A stretch of 64,000 bases of DNA from an uncultured Phycisphaerales bacterium (GTDB lineage: Bacteria; Planctomycetota; Phycisphaerae; Tepidisphaerales; Tepidisphaeraceae). Location: positions 576,001 to 640,000 of the forward strand of contig CAWJPJ010000007.1 of assembly GCA_963844715.1 (NCBI GenBank). Direction: 5' to 3'. Positions 22,877-34,176 of the stretch are shown here, in pieces. Position 1 is the first letter of the stretch. Each line of letters begins with the position of its first letter. A program made the translations under genes and the position numbers. The notes below the pieces were generated by a model. The model saw nothing but the letters and a program-made list of their open reading frames with translations, had not been told where the DNA came from and searched no databases.

Positions 22877-24223
22877 ATGAGCATTGTAGAGTCCGGGAAT
22901 CCCCGTCGTATTCGTCGTATTACCACTTTGGAAGGTATCGCTGGTGGCGCAATTGTCGCTGCTGCGGTGTTTGCGGCTGCGCCAAAGTTCGCGTCCGCTC
23001 AATCGATTCAAATGCAGGTGACGGGCGGCACCACGACCGACCCCACGGCTGCTGGCGCGCTGACTTGGTTCAATACCTCGAACTGGAATAATGCTGGTGT
23101 CACCGGAAGCCTTCCGGAAAGTGACACGGCCTCGCCAACCGCGCAGAACATTGCACCGGATAACGCCACGATGCCATCGGTGGGCTTGGTGTTTGATCCC
23201 GGCAACGATCCGAATACGCCGGGTGGGCCGAACGGTTCATATGTTGCGAATCTGGACGAGATTTCCGGCTCGACCTATGTCTCTTCGGTTGCCGGCACTT
23301 ATGCGGCTCCGGCAAAGCTCACGATTGAAAGTGGCACTCTTGTCATGGGCACAGTCACGGTTGGGCGCGACAGCACGGGGATCATTGCTCTCAACGGCGG
23401 AGCGTTCCTCACCGTCGGCTCGATCAAGATCCAAGGTACGAACAAGGTTGCCACGGCCATTGGCACCGGGACCTTCGAATATCACGGAGGAACTCTGGAC
23501 GCCGAACAAGGCATTCAGCTTGGCTCGGGCGCTTGCAGTACGGGTCTGACCAGGACATCTGCCGGTGTCGGTTACTTCACCGTCTATAGCGACGGGCCCG
23601 CTGGCGCGATTCTCAGCCAGAACGGATTCCAGTTTGCCACGAACACGAGCATGAAGGGCACGATCGGAATCGTCGAGTTCCACCTTGATACGAACTCTCG
23701 TAACCCCGGCACGACGCCCATCCAGGGCAACGTGAACCAGGGCAACGCCGAATCCGGTCAGGGTGTCCTGCACATCCAAAACAACACCAACGTTTCGTCG
23801 CGTCTTAACTTGGTGTTGGATGATTCGCCGGGAACGATTGTCGCGGCGGGCCCGGATGCGGGCTATGTGAACCTGGGCCTATTCGATGAAACCGTGATTG
23901 CGGGCTCCGGCACCTATCCGAAGGCGTTCTACTCGGTCGATGGCAGCACGGTCTTCACCCAAGGGGCCACAATTAGTGCGACCTTCGGGTCGAGCACCTA
24001 TAGCTGGACAATCAGCTACAGCGGCCAGATCAACTTCACGAATACGGCCACGTCGAGCTACACATCGGCCGACATCTCGGCGACGGGCGGCAACGACGTG
24101 GTGCTGATCGGCCTTACGCCGGTTCTCGTCCCTGAACCGACCAGCATGGCGCTTCTTGGTGGAGCGGGCGCGATGATTCTCGCTCGCCGCCGCCGGAAAG
24201 CCGACAAGGCCAAGCAGGCCTAA
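22877..24223 (+). CDS. Gly/Ser/Thr-rich PEP-CTERM surface protein
   Basis: GAGGAG RBS, long signal peptide ending ASA-Q, and C-terminal VPEPTSMALLGGAGAMILARRRRK. Confidence 0.9.
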   Translation: MSIVESGNPRRIRRITTLEGIAGGAIVAAAVFAAAPKFASAQSIQMQVTGGTTTDPTAAGALTWFNTSNWNNAGVTGSLPESDTASPTAQNIAPDNATMPSVGLVFDPGNDPNTPGGPNGSYVANLDEISGSTYVSSVAGTYAAPAKLTIESGTLVMGTVTVGRDSTGIIALNGGAFLTVGSIKIQGTNKVATAIGTGTFEYHGGTLDAEQGIQLGSGACSTGLTRTSAGVGYFTVYSDGPAGAILSQNGFQFATNTSMKGTIGIVEFHLDTNSRNPGTTPIQGNVNQGNAESGQGVLHIQNNTNVSSRLNLVLDDSPGTIVAAGPDAGYVNLGLFDETVIAGSGTYPKAFYSVDGSTVFTQGATISATFGSSTYSWTISYSGQINFTNTATSSYTSADISATGGNDVVLIGLTPVLVPEPTSMALLGGAGAMILARRRRKADKAKQA

Positions 24224-24261
24224 TCGGCAGCGACAGGTTGGATTCCTCCAGACTCTAAGAT

Positions 24262-24299
24262 TCCCCCGGCCTTCGAAAAGCCGGGGGAGTTTCTTTTCT
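24262..24299 (+). terminator. Rho-independent terminator
   Basis: TCCCCCGGC / GCCGGGGGA stem followed by GTTTCTTTTCT. Confidence 0.85.
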
Positions 24300-24431
24300 G
24301 CCTCTAACCTCCATCCAAAACGCGACTAAGTTCGTTTGTGATGTAAAATCGAGTTCCCGGCGGCTCGGAATCGCGGCGGGTTCGTCGGCCTGCCGCGATA
24401 GTCGACGCTATCGGGAGGCGATGCGTTCCGC

Positions 24432-26327
24432 ATGCCAGGGAGGCGAATGAGCCAGGACATTTTTCGTCTGGCAACACAACACCATCGATCGGGTAGTCTG
24501 TTAGAAGCGGAATCCCTTTACCGCGCTCTGCTCGTGCGTGAGCCGAATCACGCCGCGACCCTCAGCCAGTTAGGTTACTTGCTGTACCAGACCGGCCGAT
24601 TGGATGAGGCGTTGGAACTGCTCAATCGGGCCGTAGCGGCGGCTCCTCAGTCGCCCAGTGGTCTGAACAATTTGGGCCTTGTCCTTACGGCGTTGGGCCA
24701 TTCTGAAAAAGCGATAACCGTCTATCAAGAAGCTGAGCGTCTCTTTCCCCAATCTCCGGAAATTGCCTGCGGTCTTGGAATAGCCTTGGTAAAGGCCAAT
24801 TATCCGATTGAGGGGATCGCATCGCTCGAGCGCTCACTGGCGCTGCGCCAAACATCCCGGCGGCGCTGCTCAACCTGGGCACGGCTCTGCGCACGCTGCG
24901 TCGCTGGGATGAGTCGCTATCGGCTTACAAGCGAGCGATCGAGCTAGAACCGAATGACGCGAGCGCATTAAGTCATTTGGCCGTCGTGAATCTGGAAATC
25001 GGCCGTGTCGACGAAGCGATCTCGCTTAGTCGTCGCGCGCTTGCCGCGGATTCCGCCTGTATGGAGGCACACAGTAATTTGCTGCTCATGTTTCACTATC
25101 GGGACGAGGAAGACCCTCAGGCAATTATCGCCGAATCCTGCAACTGGAACCGAAAACACGCGCTTCCGTTGCGAGCCGAGCGCTCATTTCCGAATGACCG
25201 GGACCCGGATCGAAAGTTGCGCATCGGTTACGTCTCGCGCGATTTTCGCGTGCATTCCGTGGGTTTTTTCATTGAAAATCTGTTGGCGGGACACAACCGG
25301 GAGAACGTCGAAGCGTATTGCTACTCCGACGTTCAATATCCCGACTCGGCGACCGAGCGGCTGCGTGCGGCGTCACATTGCTGCGCGCAACGTGTTTGGT
25401 CTGTCCCATGTACGACTGGCCGAATTGATCCGCGCGGATCAAATCGACATGCTCGTGGATCTGCAAGGCCATTCGGCGGGCGGAAGCCGGCTCCCTGTAT
25501 TTGCAATAAAGCCCGCGCCGATTCAAATTACATATCTCGGCTATCCGGACAAGACGGGTCTTACAGCGATCGACTACCGATTCACGGATGCGATCGCCGA
25601 CCCACCCGAGTCGGATCGTCCATCCGACCCGGCGCCGTCGGGCGAACGCCTTGTCAGACTTCCCAATTCATTTCTGTGCTTTCGTCCGTATTCCGAAGCT
25701 CCGGACATCGGGGATCCTCCGGCGTGCTCGACGCATGTAATCACCTTTGGTTCCTTCAATCATCTTGCCAAGGTCAATACTACGACTCTTGAGTTGTCGG
25801 CGCAGATTCTTCATCGCGTGCCCGCAAGCCGCTTGATGCTGAAGACCCGAACGACATCGAGCCTGGCTGCGCGGGAATTCATCAACGAGCGGTTTGCTAA
25901 ATTCGGAATCGGCCCTGACCGCCTAAAACTGGACCCGTTCGTGGACTTAACAGCGGATCACCTCCGATCGTACAACCAAGTCGATATTGCGCTCGATGCC
26001 TTTCCATATAATGGGACCACAACGACTTGCGAGGCGCTCTGGATGGGCGTGCCGGTTGTCACCCTGGCGGGCCAAACGCATGTCTCCAGAGTCGGGGCAA
26101 GTCTTCTCACTAACGCGGGGTATCCTCAATGGATCGCGCGAACGCGTGAAAAGTATGTTGATCTGGCCGTTCATTTGGCTGCGGATTTGCCCGCGCTGGC
26201 CGAAATTCGCCTGGGATTGAGAGCGCGAATGAAATCATCGCCCCTGACCGACGGTCCGCAATTTGCGCGGAATGTTGAAGAGGCTTACAGCGGTATGTGG
26301 CGGGCGTGGACGGGCTCGAACATCTAA
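24432..26327 (+). CDS. TPR-containing SPINDLY/OGT-like (GT41) glycosyltransferase; indels near 24848 and 25385
   Basis: TPRs, HSNLLL, LRIGYVSRDFRVHSV, IDMLVDLQGH, PAPIQITYLGYP, FGSFNHLAK and ALDAFPYNGTTTTCEALWMGVPVV. Confidence 0.88.
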
Positions 26328-26338
26328 GCGGTGAATGG

Positions 26339-28305
26339 TTAACTCTTCACCTGACAGAATGTGCGCCACATCTCCCGAAATGCGGATTCCACAGCGCCGG
26401 TGAATCGTGGGCCGTCCATGAGAGGAGAATGAGCCATTCGGTCGCGCAAGACCTGTCGCAGAACGGTCAGTCGCTTTAGATCCTGCGCGGTTGCGATCGC
26501 CAATCGAACGTATTCATCTTCATCTCGCGCGGCGAAATCCGGCAGGCCCAGATTACATAATTGCGTCCATGCCCCGCGGCTCAGCGGTCCTTGTCCAAAT
26601 CGCGTAATCACGGGAACCCCCATCCACAGCGCATCCAGACTTGTCGTGTGCCCGGCGTAGGGGTAGGTATCCAGCGCAATGTCTATTCTTCGATACGTCG
26701 CCAGATAATCCCGGCGGGATTGCCTGCCGACAAATTCGACCAACTCGGGTCCTGCACGGCCCTGCGAAGAACCTCACGTGTGCGTTCCCTGGCCGATCCC
26801 TCGGGCGCCATGAGGATCAGCCGCGATCCGGCAACGCCGCTCAAGATTCGCGCAAAGCCTGAGCGTCGCGTCATTCAATTTCGAAAAATTGTTCAGGCAT
26901 CCAAAGGTGATGTGTCCGGCGGCAAGAGCCGGCGACGGATCGGGTTCCGGTTCCGATGTGAGCGGGTCGTAGCACCAAAAACAGTCCGGCAGAAAGACGC
27001 GCCGTTCTGGCATCGAATAGCTCTTGGCTTCTTCCTCCAGATACCGGTCCGTGAGACGGTAATCCATCGTATCCAGGCCGTTGGAATCCGGATACCCAAG
27101 CCATGTAACCTGAACCGGCGCAGGCTTTTGCGCAAACACGAGCAATCGGTTATCGCCCGAGTGAAGTTTCAGATCGACGAGAATGTCAATTCGATCCTCG
27201 CGGATTTTTGCGCCAGTTCGTCATTGCCGAACGGACGCGTGTCCAGCCAGCTATCCGCATATTTCTGAAGCCGGCGGGTTACCCAGTCAATTCGATTCAT
27301 CTGTGCATAGCAGAAGATTTCAAATTGCTGGTGGTCGTGGTTGGCCAGGAGCGGATCGAGGAAAAAAGCCGACGCATGATCCCAGAAATCCGCCGAAACA
27401 TACCCCACGCGAAGCCGTCGCTGCGGATTTCGTTCATTGGCGTGCGGCACGATTCGACTTCGCAACGGCTTGCAGTGACGCTCGTTCCAGATTTTCAATT
27501 CGTTATAAATGACTTCGGGGTCGGGCTCGTGATAGTAGAGGCAATACACCAGATTGCTGTGAAAATCCGCCACATCGGGCCGGAGTTCCATGGCGCGTCG
27601 ATAGGCGGCGATCGCTTCCGGCAGCCGGCCCATGTCCTTGAGCGCACCGCCGAGATTGTTCCAGGTCGCCGCGTCATCCGGTCTGAGCTTCAGAGCGCTC
27701 TCGAACACCACCGCCGCGGGTTCCGGCTTGCTCACGAATAGAAAGGTGCAACCGAGATTGTTCCGTGAATTGAAATCATCCGGATTGAGGTCGACCGCCC
27801 TGGCAAACGCCGCCGCGGCATCCGCGGACCGCGTGGCTTTATTCAACGCCAGGCCCAGGTTGTAATACCCCGTCGAAATTTTCGGGCGCAATTGGACAAA
27901 CTTTTCGAAAGCGGCGACCGCTTCATCGATGCGATCCTGTTCCATCGGCGCATTGCCCAAATTCGCATAGGCGTCGGGAAGATCGGGGTTTAATTCGATT
28001 GCCTTGCGGCAGGCGGCTTCGCCTTCGGTCCATTCTTTGGCCTGCCAGAGCGCATTTCCCAGATTGCTGAGAAGCTCCGCCGAATCCGGACGAAGAGAGC
28101 ACGCCTTGCGGAATGCCTGAATTGCCTGCTTGGATTTGCCGGCATACTGAAGCGCAATCCCCAGGTGGCTCCACAGCGCCGGCGAATCCGGCCGCAACGC
28201 CACCGCCCGCCCAAAAGATTCACTCGCCAGCTCGAATTGACCCTGCTGGACATGGACAAGTCCGATCCGGGTCAGCTCGTTGGGATCTTGGAAATCTTCG
28301 CTCAT
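26339..28305 (-). CDS. SPINDLY/OGT-like GT41 protein, third tandem copy; indels near 27207, 26850 and 26760
   Basis: MSEDFQDPNEL start, TPRs, LRVGYVSADFWDH, KPAPVQVTWLGYP, FGCLNNFSK and LDTYPYAGHTTSLDALWMGVPV. Confidence 0.85.
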
Positions 28306-30259
28306 TGACGAGTCCGGGCGCAATGCGCGCCACATCGCTCGGTATGCCGACTCGATGTCGCGTGCATACAGGCTCGCATTCATCAGCGGCGAACGCAACA
28401 TCCGCCCGCGCAGGTCGCGGCGCAAATCGGTCAATCGCTGCCGATCGTTTGCCAATTCAACCGCGATTTCGACATACCGGTCCGTATCTTCGGCGATTAA
28501 TTCCTTCAGGCCAACATTTGAAAGTATACTTACGCCGCCGCGCCCGACGGCGGTGCGCCCTTTGAGCGTCACCACGGGGACTCCCAGCCATAGCGAATCC
28601 AGGCTGGTTGTATGCCCGTTGTACGGGAACGTATCCAGCCCGACGTCAATCGCCTCATACTCCTTCAAATAAAAACTGCGTCGCTGTGGGGGCACGAAGA
28701 AGATGCGAGCCGGTTCGACCCCGATCGCGTCGGTTACGCCGTCGCGGTGGCTGCCGGGGGGGCAGAGGAGCCGCAGGCGCGAATTCGGAATCGCTTTGAG
28801 TATTCGCCCCCAAAGCCGCAGGGTTTCCTCGCCGGCTTTGCAGAAATTGTTCAGACATCCAAAAGTGATAAAGCCGTTTCGAGATGCAGGCAATTCGCCT
28901 ACTTCCGGAGAATCATCGGGGGGATGGTATGGCCAATAGGTATGCGCTACTCGGATGGATATTTCGCTGTAATCCGATTCGTCGGCGCCAGGGGGATCGA
29001 GATACGAATCGGTCAGCCGATAATCCATCGTCTCCAATCCGGTGCTTCCGGGATACCCGAAAAACGTAGCCTGCACCGGCGCGGGCTTGCGCAAATACCA
29101 GGAGCCGATTGTTTCCCGCGTGGACGGCCAGGTCCACGAGAATGTCGATCCGGTCTTCGAAGATTCTTCCGGCGAGTTCTTCGTCTCCCAGGGCGCGCGC
29201 GTCGCACCAGCCGTCGCACTGGGATTGAAGCTGGCGCATAATCCGATCGGGCGTGACATCGGAGTAACAAAACATCTCAAAATTGCCACGATCATGCTCG
29301 GCCACGAGGGAAGCCACCATGCGGCCGGTCGGCTGATCGCATAGATCAGGCGAAACATACCCGATCCTGAGCCGCCGATCCGGTGAAGCATCGGTATCGC
29401 GACGAAACCCCGATTTCAGCGGCCTGGCGTGCCGCTGATTCCACAGGCGCAACTCATCGCCGATTACTTTAGGGTCGGTCTCGCAGTATTGAAGAAAAAA
29501 GATCAGCCCACTATGAACTTGCGAATTTTGCGGGGCCAATTGGACGGCCCGGCGAAGCGTTTCCACCGCCTGGCGGAGTCGCCCCGTGTCCTTGAGGCCG
29601 GTGGCGAGATTGATGAGCAAATCCACGCGGCTCGGGTCGGCCGCGGCGGCACGTTCGAACGTCCGAAGTGACTCGTCCGTCTCACCGGACGACCTGAGCG
29701 CATATCCCAGATTGGTCAACGCCTCGACAAAATTGGGCCGCAATTCCACCGCTTTTTTGAACGCCGTTGCCGCCTCTGAGGCGCGATTCGAATAGAGCAG
29801 GGCGTTTCCCAGATTGTAATATCCGTCGGGGACTTGCGGGCGAAGTTGTACCGAGCGCTGAAATTCCTCTATTGCCGCATCGCCCCAACCCTGATCCAAT
29901 AATATGTTTCCCAAATTGCCGTGCGCATCGGGCAATTGGGGATTCAGGGCGATCGCCTTTCGGCACGCCTCCTCGGCTTCGTCCAATCGCTTGGCATTTC
30001 GCAGCGCATTCCCCAGATTGGACCAGAGTTCCGCGGAGCCGGGACGCAAGGCGCAGGCTTTGCGGAACGCTTCGAGAGCCTGTTCGGATTTTCCGCTTTG
30101 TTCCAGCGCGATTCCCAAGTGGCTCCACAGCGCCGGCGACTGTGGCCGCGCCGACAGCCCTTCCCGAAAACATTCGATGGCCACGTTGAATCGCCCGGCG
30201 TGAAGATGCAAAAGTCCCGTGCGCGTCAGGGCGTCGGGATCGTGGGAATTCTGGGTCAT
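28302..30259 (-). CDS. SPINDLY/OGT-like GT41 protein, second tandem copy; indels near 29090 and 28320
   Basis: MTQNSHDPDAL start overlapping the upstream stop (ATGA), TPRs, LRIGYVSPDLCDQP, FGCLNNFCK and LDTFPYNGHTTSLDSLWLGVPV. Confidence 0.85.
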
Positions 30260-32232
30260 TGTCGAGTCCGCACCCAATTCTGCCACATCGTTTCATATGC
30301 CGATTCAATGTCCGCCGCAAACTGACGCGTATTCATCAGCGGTGATCGAATCATTCGTTGTCGAAGATTTCGCCGGAGGTCCGTCAGCCGCGAAAGATCG
30401 CGCGCGAACTCGACCGCAATGCGAACATAATCCGCCGGGGTCTGTGCGATCAGTTCGGGGATTCCAAGATTCGACAAAATGCTCGTCCCCCCGCGTCCGA
30501 CCCCTGTTTTTCCGAGCAAAGTGACGACCGGGATTCCCATCCAGATGGCGTCGCACGTGGTCATTCCGCCACCGTAGGGAAATGGATCCAGCGCGACGTC
30601 GATCTGCCGATATTTGGCAAAATAGTCTCCCGTCGAATCCGTGAAAGTCATTCTTTCCGGATCGAGTCCGGCGTCGCGCATTCGCAATCTGGCGCGGTCG
30701 CGATGCAGGCCTGGTTCGCAAAAGAGGAACAGTTTCGAACTCGGAACTTGCCGCAGCATCTCAAACCAGGTGGTCCACACCGGCGGAGAAATCTTGCAGA
30801 AATTATTCAGGCAGCCGAAAGTGACAAACCCCGTTTTCGACGCCGGCGGCTCTTCCGCCGGCGCCGCAGCGGTCGTCGGCACATAACACCAAAAAGTGTG
30901 CGCCAATCGGAGGGTCTTCTCGGTATATCCCGTTTCGTCGCCGCCGGGCGGGTCCATATACGGATCGCTCAGGCGGTAATCCATCGTCTCCAGCCCGCTG
31001 CTTCCGCAATACGCGAGATAGGTGACCTGGACCGGCGCCGGCTTTTGCGCGAAGGCGAGCAGCCGGTTTCCCCCCGTGTGCATTGCCAGATCGACGAGGA
31101 TATCGATGCGATCGCGCCTGATTTGCTCGGCCAAGGCCGCGTCGCTCATGCCGCGAACATCGCGCCAGCCGTCCGCCAGATTTTGCATCTGGCGGGTCGC
31201 CTGATCCGACGCCACCGTTGCCGAGTAGCAAAAAATCTCGAATCGCGTCTTGTCGTGTCCCGCCAAAATCGGCAGCACGACACGGCCCACCGGATGCCCG
31301 TGAAAATCAGGCGATACATACCCGATTTTCAGGCGCCGTTGCGGCGATGGATCGTTGTCATGCGGACGGATCAGCGCTTTGAGAGGCCGAGCATGCCGCT
31401 GGTTCCAAACCTGCAATTCATCGGCGATCACTTTTGGGTCGTCCGTAACGTATTGCAGCGTGAAAATCAGATTTCCATGGATCCCGGCGTCCTGAGGATC
31501 GAGTTGGATTGCGCGGCGCAGCGCGTCGATCGCCCCCTCAAGGTCGCCGACGTCTTTAAGAGCATTGGCGAGATTGTTGTGAAGCGACGCCCGCCCAGGT
31601 TCAGCGGCGATGGCGCTGCGAAACGCGGCCAGCGATTCGTCGGCTTTCCCCAAATTTTTGAGCATGAACCCGAGGCCGGTGAGAGCTTCGACGAAGTTCG
31701 GCTGCAATTCCACCGCGCGCCGGTACGCCGCCGCCGCGTCGGCCGGGCATTGGCGTGGGTGAGCGCATGACCCAGGTTGTAATGACCCACCGCGTAATCC
31801 GGATGCAATTGGATCGTCTTGTTAAACGACTCCACCGCCTCGTCGATCCGGCCCTGATCCAGCAGAATGTTCCCCAAATTTCCATGGGCGTCGGGAAGGG
31901 CGGGATTCAGTTCAATGGCGCGCCGGCAGGCAGCTTCGGCTTCGGTCAACTGCCGGGATTGCCAAAGGGCGTTACCGAGATTGCTGAGCAATTCCGCCGC
32001 CTCGGGTCGAAGCGCGCACGCCTTGCGAAATGACTCGATCGCTTCCTTCGATTGCCCCGACTCCTGAAGGGCGATCCCCAAATGGCTCCATAGCGAGGGC
32101 GAATCCGGCCGCAGCGGCAATCCCCCGCCGAAAGCACTGCACCGCCAGATCGAAGTTCCGCTGCTGAAGATGGGTTTGGCCGAGCCGCTTGAGCGCGTCG
32201 GCGTCTTCGGCATGGATGAACGGCTCGCTCAC
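30256..32232 (-). CDS. SPINDLY/OGT-like GT41 protein, first tandem copy; indels near 32116 and 31750
   Basis: GTG start overlapping the proC stop (GTGA), TPRs, LKIGYVSPDFHGHPV, KPAPVQVTYLAY, FGCLNNFCK and LDPFPYGGGMTTCDAIWMG. Confidence 0.87.
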
Positions 32233-33041
32233 TTGCCCAATTCCCGGCTGCGCTGCGCCGCGGCCTTCACCGCGGCGACCGTGATTTCGCCCCATTTCCG
32301 CTCGTCCATGTGCGAGATCGCCGCATGTGTGGTGCCGTTGGGCGTGGTGACCCGCCGGCGGTGCTCACCGGGGGAATCGGCCAGGCGGCTCATCATCTCC
32401 GCCGCGCCCGCCGCCGTCTGGATCGCCAGCGTCCGCGCCTCCACGTCCGAAAGGCCAAGCTCAACACCCGCGCGGATGAGTTGTTCGGTCAGATAGAAAT
32501 AATACGCCGGCCCCGAGCCGCTCACCGCCGTTACCGCGTCGAGCTTTTCCTCCGAGACTTCGATCACCTTCGCCGCCGGTTCGAATATCTTGTGTGCCGC
32601 CGCCAAATCGGCCGCGTCGGCATGGCTTCCGCGCACGATCGCCACCATTCCCCGCCCGACGAGCATCGGTGTATTCGGCATCGCGCGCACCACGCGCCAG
32701 TTCTTTCCGCCTCCCAGGATCTGCTCGATAAAGCCGGTCCCGATTCCCGCGGCGATCGAAACAATGAGCGTTTTCTCATCGATCGCCCCGCGCAGGGATT
32801 TCAACACCTCTTCCATTTGATACGGCTTGACCGACAGAAGCACCGCCCAGGCGCCGGCGACCGCGTCCGCGGGGTTCTCCACCGCGATGACCCCCAGCAC
32901 CGACTCAAATAAATTCCGCCGCTCGGCGGAAACATCCGCGGCGACGATCGAATCGGCCGGTGTCTTCCCCCCGGCGAGCAAACCGCGCACGATCGCCTCG
33001 GCCATGACTCCGGCGCCGATCACCGCTATCTGATGAGGCAT
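32229..33041 (-). CDS. proC: Pyrroline-5-carboxylate reductase
   Basis: IGAGVMAEA, LSVKP, VSIAAG, RAMPNTP, AVSGSGPAY and VTTPNGTT. Confidence 0.96.
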   Translation of the reverse strand: MPHQIAVIGAGVMAEAIVRGLLAGGKTPADSIVAADVSAERRNLFESVLGVIAVENPADAVAGAWAVLLSVKPYQMEEVLKSLRGAIDEKTLIVSIAAGIGTGFIEQILGGGKNWRVVRAMPNTPMLVGRGMVAIVRGSHADAADLAAAHKIFEPAAKVIEVSEEKLDAVTAVSGSGPAYYFYLTEQLIRAGVELGLSDVEARTLAIQTAAGAAEMMSRLADSPGEHRRRVTTPNGTTHAAISHMDERKWGEITVAAVKAAAQRSRELGK

Positions 33042-33080
33042 ATTTAAATTGTCGAGATAATCCCGCGAGGATGCAATCCG

Positions 33081-33784
33081 CTAATCCAGGTAGCCGCCGA
33101 TCGCTTCCTGCACCGATCGGGCGCCGTGACGATGAGGGTTCCGTTCCAGAACTCGATGGTCGACGGTCCGCCCCCGTTGTCCTTCCAGATTTCCGGCCGG
33201 ACCGCGTTCTCGATGAGCTTGATCAGCTTCGCGGCTCGATCCGCATCGGAGCCGGTCGTCCCCGAGGCCTGTCCTCCGCCGCTAATGGCGCCGCTCCCGC
33301 CGCCCCCTCCACCCCCGCTCCCTCCGCTCGATACGTTCACGCTCGGCAATGTCGGATTGAAGGTATCGTCCAGCCCGATCAGGTCTTCGATGTTATAAAC
33401 GACCGTAACGAGATGCTGATCCGCTTCGGTTCGGGTCGTGATCTGGATCACGTTTTCTTCGACATAAAACGTCAGCGAATCCCCGCCGGCGGCCTGGGTG
33501 AGGAGCAGCGAAAGAACCTTCCGCATTGGCACATCATGCAGCGTCGCCGTTACCGGCGTCTGCCGACTGATGCTCACGGCTTCCAGGGTCTTCCAATCAA
33601 CGTTGAAATTCGCCCCGGTCAGATCGCTGAGCATGTCGATCGCATCGGCCAGGGGCGTCGATTCAAATTTTACATCGGGGATGACGGTCGAGAGAGCCAA
33701 TCGCGACGGGCTGGGCACCGCCGAGGCGCCACGGGCGAGAATGCCCAAAACCAGCAACGCGATGGGCAAAAAGAAACGACGCGT
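33081..33784 (-). CDS. Short exported protein with STN / secretin N-domain-like modules but no secretin barrel; indel near 33122
   Basis: Signal peptide, FESTPLADAIDML...NFNVDWKTLE, LVTVVYNIEDL, Gly-rich loop, LIKLIENAVRPEIW and GTLIVTAP; corrected end RSVQEAIGGYLD*. Confidence 0.7.
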
Positions 33785-33800
33785 ACGAACTCCTCAATCC

Positions 33801-34130
33801 TCAACTCAGCGGCTTGCCCGTATAGGGATCAAACCTTGCTTGCGGAGCGGCTGCCTCTTCGGGGGAAGCCAGGGGCTTTCCAGTATAGGGATCGAATTTA
33901 TACCCCGCCGGCAGCGCCGGACGATCCGTCGAATCGGACGGCTGCCCCGATTTCTTGACCGCCTGGTCCATGTCGTCTTCGATCCCCGCAAGACCCTTCT
34001 TGAATTCGATAATTCCCTTACCCAGGCTTCGCCCCACTTCCGGCAGGCGCTTCCCAAAAAGCAGCAACGCCACCAGCGCGATCACCACCCAATTTTCTGG
34101 TCCTAATATATTCGCCAGCGGTAAGTACAT
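33801..34130 (-). CDS. tatA: Twin-arginine translocase TatA/E subunit
   Basis: LLLFGKRLPEVGRSLGKGIIEFKKGL. Confidence 0.92.
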   Translation of the reverse strand: MYLPLANILGPENWVVIALVALLLFGKRLPEVGRSLGKGIIEFKKGLAGIEDDMDQAVKKSGQPSDSTDRPALPAGYKFDPYTGKPLASPEEAAAPQARFDPYTGKPLS

Positions 34131-34176
34131 TTTGTGCCAGATCCTTCCAAAATTAAACGCCAATACGGTTTAACTA

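Noticed and set aside
27169..29391. 740-aa ORF that looks like a circularly permuted GT41 (catalytic C-half fused to TPRs)
   Set aside because: Explained by indels. Correcting near 28320 gives ...ARTRQ* with an ATGA overlap, matching the junction at 30256-30259, so these are two separate genes.
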